The position numbers and the translations under genes were made by a program. Of a stretch of 64,000 nt of DNA, positions 24,901 through 36,900 are shown piece after piece. Source of the stretch: Amoebophrya sp. A120 (Eukaryota > Protista > Dinoflagellata); assembly GCA_905178155.1 (NCBI GenBank), contig CAJINV010000005.1, positions 7,122,989-7,186,988 of the forward strand. The letters run 5' to 3'. Within the stretch, counting starts at the first letter, position 1. Each line of letters begins with the position of its first letter. The notes under the pieces are model-generated. The model was not told the DNA's origin. It saw only the letters and a program-made list of their open reading frames with translations, and ran no database searches.

Positions 24901-27900
24901 TTTCGAAGAGAGGATCCATATCCGCAGTAAATTTTTCCCCGTACACGACGTACAAACGCGGGCTCTGCATGACAAAACTGGGCTTCGATCCTGGTTTAGC
25001 ATGACAAGTGGCGCACTCCAAATTATTGGTGAAATTTGTGATGCATATTGTACATGTACGGGAAATTTGTATTGCATATGCCGCCAAAGGACGTTACGAC
25101 AAAAGATATTTTCGACGCGGCTGCGGAACAGGCGGAACGATTTGCAGACGTGTGCGGCTACGACGAGGATTTGCGGGAGGATTTGGAAAAACGCTGGTGC
25201 TTTATGGAGCAACGCCTTCCGACCGGGGTGGATTTGCTATGAATTGCAAAAGTACTATCGTACTAGTAGTAATCGCATCACAAATTTGCTCAGCGTGTTG
25301 ACAAATGGAACTTCTCATGCTGATTTACCTTGGAGTTGGAAAAGAGATTTGTCATGCATACATGCGATTACTACGAGTACGATACTTTTGCACAGCATAT
25401 TTGCTGAATCCGCACGATATGGCGGTTCCAGAAGGAGATCTGTATGGCGAAGGAACAGGTGCGCTTGCTGTTGAAGACCAGAATCGTCTTCATCTTCCAG
25501 AACATCAAGAAGGTACTGCTACTGGTGGTATCGCCGCTGCATTAGCGCTTGTGCAACAACAGCAAACAAACAGCAACATTCCGACCATTGACCGCACTGC
25601 TGGCCCTTTACCCGACATTTACTCATCTCTAGCCGCGAAGCTGGGTGTCGCTCAATCCAATGCGAATTACCGGGCTTCGCTGAACCCAAGCAGTGGTGGT
25701 CACATATGCATTGCAAAAGTATCGTACTAGTGTAAACCGCAATACAAATTTTTCCAGAAGAAAAAATAGAATTTGTAATGCTGATTTGGCTAAGACACAA
25801 GATTTGTCATGCATGAGTGCAATTAGTACGAGTACGATACTTTTGCGCAGGATATCACAAGGAATCCGCGGATACGGAAAGGTACGCGACCTTATTGTCC
25901 GTGTTGGAGAAGCACGAGTCTTGTATGCCAGTGCACAACTCCCCTTCCCCCTCATTTGTCATGCAAAGTACCTAACTCACCCTTTGGTTCTTGGCACTGT
26001 TTGCATGACAAGTGCTGGTAGGCCAAATAGCACTACAATCCAGTGGAAATTTGTCATGCAAAACCGGCACTCTTGCTGATGCTTGTATTGCTGTTCATGC
26101 TATACAAATGAGGGTGAGGGGGAGTTGTGCACTGTTATATCTTGGGAAACTGCTTTGAAAGAACTGCAAGACATCCTTCCCGATAGCAAGTGGCGGGAGA
26201 AGGCAAGAGACGGATATCAAATGCAAAAGCATCGTACTAGTACAAATCGCATGTGTATCAGTTCAACTGGTCCCGCGGTTCAACAATGTACCTACCAGTT
26301 CAATAACGCCCCGGGGCCTAAATATCCTAGAACAAACAGGGCATTTGATATGCTCGGCGCCAAAAAAATATGCGGATGCAGGAAAAAGTAGGGGGCCGCT
26401 CCTGACCCAAAGGTACGCTCCTGATCTCAGTGGTACTTAGTCGATCCGGGGGGACGGGTAGGACCTGACCCCCGGTTCGGGTCTGTACCTGCAATGCCGC
26501 AGCGCCGTCGTTTTAGATGGTAGGTGCTGCGGCACAGCGTCGCGCACCGTGATGGGCACCACAGGCCTCACATCTACTGTCTTCACTACAGAAAAAAGCA
26601 GCCACGACTGCGCTCTGTCCTAGCGTTCGCCTGCTTTCTGTTTGAAACCAGCGCCACGCGCACGGCTTCAGTCTTCGCGCGCCCATTCATCGGAAGTATC
26701 GTTCCTAAATCGTGTGGCCGCCAGCCGTCCCACCGTAACCAATAGTCGCGCAGCGCTTCGTGCCTCACAAACCAAAATCGCGCGCGCGCGCGCCAAGAGA
26801 GTCGCTTGCGCCTGTCGTGTGGCCCTTCCGCTTCTTTCATCGCGCGCCGCGTCCCGGTGTTTTGGCCCACCTCAGGCACTTCGTTTTTTCTCATTTCGGC
26901 GCTCCGCCTGCACACGTCGGCGCAGCACTGTTTCTGCGCAGTTAGTGTTGCCCCGACCTTCTCCATTGCGCATACTTTTTGCGCCATATGGTGCCCGCAA
27001 GATATGCTCTGCCGCTCATCGAGATTACTTTCAACCTTTTCCCGCTCTTTTTTTTGGGATTTGCTACGAGTAATACGTATGGTTCTGCTCTTTTTCGTAT
27101 GCCCGGAACCTTCACGAACTAGTTCGTGAACTGGGGTACACTCTCGAACCGATTCACATGACAAATTTCCTGAGCATGAGAAATAGAATTTGTAATGCGG
27201 ATTTAACTTTCGAAAGAAGTTTGTGATGCATGAATGCGATTAGTACGAGTACGATACTTTTGCACAGGATGACGGAAGTTGGGACGCAAACCCGTGGGCG
27301 CGGTTTTTTGAGACGTGGTACCCGAACAACAAAGACAGGGACATCCTATGTAAAAACGCCTTCACCCCATAGTTGTCTTGCAAATCTGCATGCTCAAAAT
27401 GTTTCTCATGCTGAGCAGCCCTATGACAAGCGTTTGCCACTCGTCTTCTGGAGTTTGTAATGGTCCAATCAGCATAGTAGGCTAGATCTGTGATGCTGCT
27501 AAAGAAGCTAAACAGGACTACACTACGAGGCCAAGAAACTTGTGATGCGCAACAACCAAAGCTGGGTGATTTGTCTAGCAGGTTTCCCATCTTGACTACG
27601 GGGCGGGGATGTTTTTGCTCAGGATAAGAGACCCGAATTCTTTGGCCGCCTTTTTGATGGACATGACCGGCGACGAGGAGGAGGACGAGGAAGATTTCTT
27701 TTACAACAAGAAGGTCTTCTTCAACGGCGGCCCGAACAACCAGAGCTTTGGACACGAGCCGGAATTGAAGTGGGTCCAGAACGACGAAATTGTGTTGCAG
27801 AAGTCTTTCTCGCCGGACTTACTCGTCCGGTATCACAGGAAAAAGTGTTAACGTTAACGGAATTTGTGATGCAGTAATGCATCACAAAACGTGCGCAAAT

Positions 27901-30900
27901 TTGTCATGCATAGCATGCATGCTAGGCAACATTTGTCATGCATATTTCCAATCCATGAAAACCGTTAACGTTAACACTTTTTTGCTTGATATTCGGAACT
28001 GCTTGTTGATCAAGGAAGTCCTTTATGCAAGACAAATTTGCTTTCCATGTACAAAATGCATCACAAATTTGTTCACCAACTACTTGGAGCATGCTACGTG
28101 TCATGCTGAATAGAGTTAAAGAGAAGTCACTTTGTCATGCAGAAACCGATATATGGTACATGTACAGGAAATTTACTGTGGATATCCTGTTCGAAGAGGA
28201 ATACCTCTGTTCCCAGTGGCACGGGAAGAAAAAAGCGGAAGAATACCAAGTGAAGAAGTTCGTGGAAATGGGCTACACGCACCAGGAAGCGAGCAGCCAA
28301 GCGAATAAACAGAAAATCAACAGCCAACTGCAAGATTCCGCTTACATCCCACTTCCGATTTTGAAGTACCGAAGGGTGTTCTTGGATTTGTTGGAAGACA
28401 ATCGGATAATTCTCGTGGACGGGAGAACTGGCACGGGGAAATCGACGCAGATCCCCCTCTATGCATTACAAAAGTATCGTATTTCTAAGTATAAATCGCA
28501 TGACAATTTAGCTTAGCATTGCAAGTGAAATTTGTAATGCGGTTTTACCTTTAGGAAAGAGATATTGTGATGCATAGCAGCAATGCGATACTTTTGCAGT
28601 TCATACCCTGTACATCGCCGACGAGATGCGGACGGTGATGGAAACGGAACTGCAAAAACCGGAAATGCAGCAGGATTTACTCAGGTTAAGAAAACCGCGG
28701 ATCATTTTGACGCAGCCCAAGCGTTTAGGTGCGAAAACGCTGGCAGAAAGTCTGCTGAAGATGCAAAACGATGCGACGCGGAAAAAGATGGATGCCTTTT
28801 TGAAGAAGAGCAACGACCTGGAGCTCGCGGAGAAAATGTTTCCGATCCAGCAGATGGGAGACCGCATTGGGTACAGGGTCGGCCGGCTATGCATTGCAAA
28901 AGCACATTGCAAAAGCATCACACCAAGCCGAAATCGCATTACAAATCTTTTCAGAAGAAAAGACGAAACTTGTAATGCTAGCTCAGGCAAAAGAAACCGA
29001 ATCTGTCGTGCTGTGCCGCGATTTTATTTACTAGGTACGACTACGAGTGCGGTCATGCTTTTGCACTGCATACCGGGAGGCGAAGGACAACAAGATGGAA
29101 GCCGAGGTGTGCTTTATGACGAGCACGTTTTTGCTTCAGGTCTTGATGCACAGTCCGGAAAAGCTCGGGGACATTACACATCTAATCTTAGACGAGATGC
29201 ACGACCGGTCGGTGGATGTGGATTTTCTCTGCATGGTGTTGAAAGTCCTTCTTGCACAGCCGGATTTCCAATCGAGAACGTATCCTCAGCAAGCACGTAG
29301 TCCCCACCGCAGAGTTGTAATGCAACTGTGCAATGACAGGAACATTTGTAATGCGCATCTCCATGAGAGGCATGATTTCCACGTCGTGTTTTGGCATTTG
29401 AAATGCTGTAAACAGGATAAGAAATTGGCTTTCCCATGCGGCTTCCCTTCTTGCTAAGCACCACTACACTACATCAGACGAAAACTTGTCATGCACAACT
29501 CCCAAAACTTGGCGATTTGTGTTGCAGATTTATCAAGAACTTGACTATGAGGCGGGGGCGTTTTTGCTCAGGATAGAACGAAGGTCATCATCATGTCCGC
29601 CACTTTGGAGAAAGGTTTCATCTATGCAAGAAAAAAACTGTGTATAGTGTAACTTCTCTGTAATGCATAACATGCAACAGTGTTGCACCTGTCATGCCAG
29701 ACAGCCATGAGGTTCTCTTTTCATGTGTGTGCTTCCCTTACAAGCCACGCATGGCAGGTTTTCGCTGTCATGTAGAGGACCAAATTTGTGATGCAGTCAG
29801 CCAAAGATAGTACTTAGCTGCACGAACACAGTTTTTTTCTTGGATATCATCGAATCTTATTTCAATGGGTGCCAGGGTGACTATCAAATGTAAAAATGTC
29901 TGGGTCTGGAAGAATGCAACTTGTGATGCTAACTTTGGACTCTAAAAAAATCTGTATTGCATGACCAGCAAGAGGCGCCCAGTTTGTGCTACGCGGGGAG
30001 GGCATTTGTCATGCGGGATAGGCATCAGGAACGCCTCTAGAAATATGTGATGCTAGATCATGCATTACAGACATCCTGAGTCATGCAAAATATGCATGAC
30101 AAACCTGGTAACCTTCCAGACCCAGACATTTTTACATTTGATAGGGACTACACGAAAACGATTCCGCGCCTGGAGATTCTGAACGACACGCCGCACAACA
30201 TCACCAAATTGTTTCTGGACGAGGTGAGGCCGCCCTTTTTCCACTGTTTTTCCGAGCAGTATTCTTCCGAACGCGACCTTGCGGAATATGACGACCTGAT
30301 GAAACGCAACATGAACCTAGAAGACCCCCGGACGGGGAAAATCTACCCCGACAAGGTTCATGCCAGCAACGACTTGGCGCAACTCGTATCCTATGTAAAA
30401 ACGTCCCCACGACCCCATAGTCAAGATGGGGAATCGGCTAGACAAGTCCACGAGTTTTGCCTGTGGTGCATGACAAATTTGGAATCGCAGTGTAGTACTG
30501 TTTGAGGTAGTTCAGCAGCATCAAAGATCTTGTATATCATTCTCATTGGCGCATGACAAATGTCACGCCACGACTGGAAAATGCTTCTCATGGGGCTCCG
30601 CATGAGAAACATTCTCAGCTTGCAGATTATGCATGACAACTCTGGGGTCGTGCGTGGGGACGTTTTTCCACAGGATAACTCGCGAAGAAAATTCACGCAT
30701 ACACGGCGAGAATTCTGAAAGAGATCATGGTGCCCGGAAGCTACGCCGCCCCGGATTACTATGGGGACGATGGTGACGATGAGGTGGATGATTTACGCCG
30801 TAAAAGCCTTCTTCAAGCTGCTCTGGAAGCCGAGGAGAAAAACCAGCTCCCACAAACGAAAGCGATAAAGAGAGGCGGGACGTCGAGAGCACTGCGAGGT

Positions 30901-33900
30901 CAACAAAATCGCTTCGGAGCAGGTGGACTTCAACTACACCAGCAGCGGTGGCAGCAACAGCTGGCCAAACAAAATGCGAAAAACCAGGAGAAGTTTGGAC
31001 GGACCACGTTGGTTTTCCTTCCCGGTATCGTGGAAATCCGGGATCTGGAAGAGTCGATCAAGCGCGTGATTCACGAGGAGGACATGAAGCTGTGGAACAT
31101 CAAAATCTTCTGGCTGCACTCCCAGCACGAAGAACGGAAGCACGGGATGAACGAGCACATTACGGGCGAGGACAAGAATGGAAACAGCTCGCGTGAACCT
31201 GGCCGGGCGATCGTTCTGGCGACGAATATTGCGGAGTCTGGCATCACGATTCCGGACGTCGGGGTGGTGATTGACTACGGAATGGAAAAATTCCCGAAAT
31301 TTGATCCACGGACTTCTACCGAACAACTGATCTATTCCTGGTCCAGTCAGGCCTCCGTGATTCAACGACAGGGACGGACCGGGCGGGTGCGAGAGGGGCT
31401 GGCGTTACGGATGTTTTCCCGGCACATTTGGACGCGGTTGTCGGATTTTGGCACATCCGCCGTCCCCCGGGAAGATATCAAGAAAACGGTGTTGCGTTGC
31501 GCATTATGCATTGCAAAAGTACCGTATTAGTATAAGTCGCATGACAAATTTTCCCAGAAAGAAAAATGAAACTTGTCATGCAGGTTCAGGTAGCAAAGCG
31601 GATCTGTCATGCAAGACTGCAATTAGTACGAGTACAATACTTTTGCACAGGATACGCTTTCACGGTCGCGAAGTTACGAGAGAAGTATTCAGTGATGCCG
31701 GGGTGGAACGACGTGAATAGTCAAAAACCCTTATGTATGAGTTGCAAAAGCATCGTATCTGGTAGTAATTGCATTTACAAATTACCTCAGCATGACCAAT
31801 GGAATTTGTCATGCTGTTTTAGCTTGGGATTGACATTTGTATATGCATAATTGCAATTACTGCGAGTACGATACAACTTTTGCACAGAATATTATGGGGT
31901 TGGGACAACCGAATCGAAAAATGGCGGCTGATGGATGGAGAAACGAAAGACCAGCAGGAGATCGTGGTTGGTGGCAAATCCGCCGGCAGTCTCTTTCGGA
32001 TCGAGAAGTTCCTGCACATGCTTCCCTGCCCGCTATGAAGTGCACATGTGGCCGCAACATCTCGGAGAAGATCTGGGAACTTGTGATGCTGAATCATGCA
32101 TGATGAGAGCAGCACTTGCAAGTGCAGCTGAGCATGACAAGTTTCGAAGTAGACCCTAGGTGCATGCGCAGCTGCGACTACAAACTGCGTTTTTGCATGA
32201 CAACTGAACAAGCTGCTATGTTGAAAATGTCGGTCATGCAACACAGATTGGACAGGAGTTGTGCCAGCCAAGCAATACAAGTTCTTCTTTGATGTTCCCA
32301 GAAGACCCAGATGAGATATTTCCAGCTGATATCAGCCTATGAAATGCAAAAGCATCGTACTAGTAGAAATCGCATGACAAATTTCCTCAGCATGAAAAAT
32401 GGAATTTGTAATGCTGATTTAGGTTAAGAAGGAAATTTGTAATGCATGACTGCGATTACTACGAGTACGATACTTTTGCACAGGATACCGCCACAGACGA
32501 ACGAGGTGTCTTCCGCGACGGATTGGCTACAGAAGTATCAAATGCAAATATGTCTGGATCTGGAACACGAGTTGGAACTTGTCATGCGAATTCTGGAATA
32601 GGCAAAAATTTGTATTGCATAAGCACCAAAAGCTTCCCATTTCTTGCTACGCATATAGGGAAAAATTTCTCATGCGGGATAGACATCAGGAGGCCTGCGC
32701 AAAACCTGTAATGCTTTTGCGTGCATTAGAGACCACTTGTGTGATCCAGGAGATGCATGGCAAACTCCTGCAATCTTCCAGACCCAGACACTTTTGCACT
32801 TGATAAGAAGAACGGGTTTTTGAAAGGAAACGACATCACCGCGATGGGGGCAACGTGTTTGGGGTTGCAGTGCAGTCTGCTAACCGCGAAAATGATGTGG
32901 ACGGGAATCATCTGTGGCTTCGTGGAAGAAATGATCTTGCTCGCCGCTTGTATCGGCTTCTACGAATCCGCAAACGACCCCGAGATGGTGAACTCGTCCC
33001 AAATCCTGGATCAAGATGACGAGCAGTGGGAGCGGAAGGAAATCTACCCGCCGAACTTTATCCGCAGTAAATTTTTTTTTCCCTGTATTAAAGACGTACA
33101 AATCACCAGAATGTGGTTTTTGCATGACAAACTTTCTGTCAATGCTATTCAGCATGACAAGTGGCATGGTCGAACAAGTTGGTGGAATTTATTGTGAGGC
33201 ATTATTTTGTACATGTACAGGTGTAAATTTGTATTGCATAAACTTGAAGCAAACGCACCAAGCCAGCGGCGCGGAGCTGTTGAAGCTGTTGAATGAGAAC
33301 AGGTCGAAGTGGGAAGACGTCGGGGGTGGAGGTAAAGATGGCACGACGAGGGCCCCTACTTCCCACCTAGACGTCGGCGACAACAAGCCCCTTCCAAGAC
33401 TCACCGAATTAGGCGAAAGGCACCGACAATCGCGGTTACAAACCGCCGAGTGGATGGTTGCCTTCCGCACGTTCTTTAACGGCGACACCTTTTCCGAGGT
33501 TGCCAGTCTGTACCGATTCGCGGAATTTTTGTTCAAGAGAAAGGACCTCCACCGGCAGAAGATGTCTAACGCGAGTTTTTGTTGGACCGATTTCATGAAG
33601 GACGGTCATGACGACCCAGAAAATTTACGAAACAACACGTTTGCCGACTGCTACAACGACGACGTCGGCTTTCCGCAGATGCCGCCGTTACCGGGGATCC
33701 GGCAGGACAAGGGGCATATCAAATGCAAAAATGTCTTGGTCTGGAACATTCTAAACTTGTGATGCTGTGGTCTCTGGATTCTGAAAAAATTTGTATTGCA
33801 TGACCAGCAAGAGCAGGACAGAAGTTTGTGCTATGCGGAGACGGCATTTCTCATGCGGTAGAGGTATCTATCACGAAGCGCTCTAAATTAATAAAATCTG

Positions 33901-36900
33901 TGATGCTGCGGCATGCATCACAGACATCATGGGTTATGCAAAATATGCATGACAAGTCTAGAAATCTTTCAGACATTTTTGCATTTGATAGGGCAGCGGC
34001 GGAAACAAATCATGTTGAAACCCCGGATGTGGCAGGAGTTTTTGGAGAAAATCGCTATGGATTTCAAAAATGTCTGGCGGGTCTGGAAGATTGCCAGACT
34101 TGTCATGCAGGTTTTCCATAACCCATGCGGTCTGGTATGTAGGACATAGCATCACAGATTCTGTGAGAGTTCTATCATGCCTATCCTGCATGAGAAACTG
34201 CCTCTCGATTAGGTCAAAAGTGCACAGCTTTTGGCAATCATGCAACACAGTTTTTTGCCTGATTCAGAGTTGGCATGACAAGTTCCAATCTTCCAGACCC
34301 AGAGATTTTTACATTTGATAATCGCCGAACTCTGCTTAAACTTCAACCGGGGAATCCATTGGATCTGGGTGAACAACCGCGCGCTGCGATTCCACGCCGC
34401 CATCAACGGCCAGTTGCCGGAAGGCTCGCGGATTGAGTTGAAAAAGGATTTCGACCCCAACTTCTGGATTGGCATGGCGTTTGCGGGCACGAATCTCGCG
34501 ATCTCGCGGGGAGAGACCACGGACCAGCTGTGCGAGCTTCAGTATCGGAAGCAGCGCAATGTCGGTGTGGAACGGAAGGAGTTTGAGAAATTGAAAAAAG
34601 CACGGAAGGAAGCGAAATTTGAGCACGCCCGGTTGGTGAAGATGGAAAAGAGACAACGGAGAGAACAAAGAGCAGAGCTGAAAAACGAGCAGAAAAAACT
34701 CCTCGCCCACGAGAGGCGCATGATGAGGCGAAACGGCAGGCAGTCGCTATGCTTTGCAAAAGCATCGTACTAATAGAAATCGCATTACAAATCCGGTCAG
34801 CATGACTACAAATGGAATTTGTCATGCCGTTTTACCTTGGGACCGAAATTTGTAATGCATGATTGCAATCACTTTCACTACGAGTGCGATACTTTTGCAC
34901 AGGATAATCACGGGAGGTGAACAAGTTTTTGGACCGCTATTACCCAAAAGCGGTCGAAGAAGCGCGAAAACAGATTCGGAAGGTATGCATTGCAAGCAAG
35001 CGTGTCTGGGTCTGCAAACTTGGGATGCTAGTTTGTGAATGGTGGGCGTACTGCAATACGCAGGCACGCATGCCAAGTTTCTGGGGTCCTTTGTGTCTTT
35101 CGCTTACCGCACGGCAAACTGCGCTTTTGCATGACAGGCAAGAAGCTTTTTTGCTGCTCACGTATTGCAGATTCAACTGCCATGTGAGACAAGCATGACA
35201 AGCCTGCACATGACCAGACCCAGACGCGTTTTCAATGCATAGAAGCAGGAAGCATGCAAGGAGTATTTCACGGAAGACGGGGAAAATTCTCCGAGGGAAC
35301 GGCGGAATAAGTCTCTTGACGAAGTGGAGAAGCTGGTAGAGGAAAAAGTGGAGGAATTTAAGAGGAAACTGCTTGCCGAGGAAACGAATTTCGTTGCCGT
35401 CGGGGGTGACGCTCAGGCTGCTGTGGTTCTTCCACACGGTAGCTCAACATCCTGTTCGCTGAAAATGAAAAGTCAAATGATTTTCAGTACGAACATAAAC
35501 ATCTGGGCAGAGATTCCAGCTGAGGGAAAGAGATTTTTCTGCCAGATCATGGGGTGGGATGAACAAAATTATGCCGGGCAAGATGTTGAACGGTCGCAAA
35601 TTCCTCATCTTCCAGATCTACTTCGCGACCGGCCTCCGCGACCACACTTTTTTCCAGCTGTAGCCGATTGTGGAAATGCTGGCAGGAGGGGCGAGAAAAA
35701 CAACGATGCAGCTGTGGATGGAGATGAATCGAAGAAACTTCTTGCTATCAAGACCACGTCGAAAGACATCAAGATTCCTAAGATCCGTATCGCCAGAAAA
35801 AACTATTTCACTGTAAACTTACTTGTAATGCAGAAAATGCATTTCACAGGGGTTTGTCTTGCTACACATGCAAAATAGTGGATTTTTAGCTGTGTTTTCC
35901 CTTAGGAACCTTGCATGGCAAATTTTCCTTGTCATGTAGAACAAACTTATGATGCAAAACCTGCAAAATCCTTACGGCGAAACCCTTTTTCGGTACGATA
36001 ATCCGTCACTACCCGGAGCAGGTGCGTTTCCATCGGATCTACACTCATTTCCGCGAGCATTATATCGGGCCGAAACTCGACCCAACGACGTTGAACAACA
36101 TTGAGGAGCAGAAGAAAAAAGCGGATCGGAAGTTGGAAAGAGAGGAAAGACGTCGGAAGAAACGTATCAAATGGAAAAATGTCCTGGTCTGGAGGAAAAA
36201 CTGTGATGCTGGGTGGCGTCTCATGATGCGGCCACAAGTGCTGGCTCAGCATGACAAGTTTCTCAGCTTCTAGGTGTTGCCTATTCTGCATGACAAACTG
36301 CGGCAGCTGCTTTTTTTTGTGGCTGGCCGGAGATCCTTTTGCGTAGGGCCCCTAAAGTGGGCAAATGGATCATGAAGAAATACACTCATGAAATGGCCGC
36401 GCGACCGGAAAGTGGAAAAGAAGACAGAGGGGGGAAAAGTAGACGCATGAAAGAGAAGACGCGGGGGGCACAGAAAAAAAGGGTTGCGGGGCACAAAGAA
36501 AAAAAAACAGACGAGATGGGCGGGGGCATGGGCTAAAGAACAAAAAGACAAAAACTGCAAAGGTCTGGGAGTTTGCATGCCGCTAGGCCTAGGTTTATTG
36601 GCAAAGAAAGTGGTGACTGGGTTGCTAATTTAAAGACTGCGCTAAAGCAGCACCCCCCTTCCCCAAGGGGCCCCCCCAGGGCGGGCGCGATGGCGGCTCC
36701 GAGTAGGCGGAGCCCTGGGGCCCGATTCTTCGGAAACGCATGAAAAAGGTGCGCGGAGTAAGGTCGGCTAAAGTGCCTGAAAGGGGTACGCCTCGGGGTT
36801 GTCCGTCATCGTGATAGGATCATCGGGCATGATCAGTAGACCCCCTGTATATTTTTTAGCGCGCAACCGGCCACAAGTACGACTGTGATCAAGTTTGTAA

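Noticed and set aside
28190-33058. Pseudogene or alternative genetic code explaining the broken helicase ORFs
   Set aside because: All interruptions are discrete TSD-flanked elements and the motifs are intact after removal
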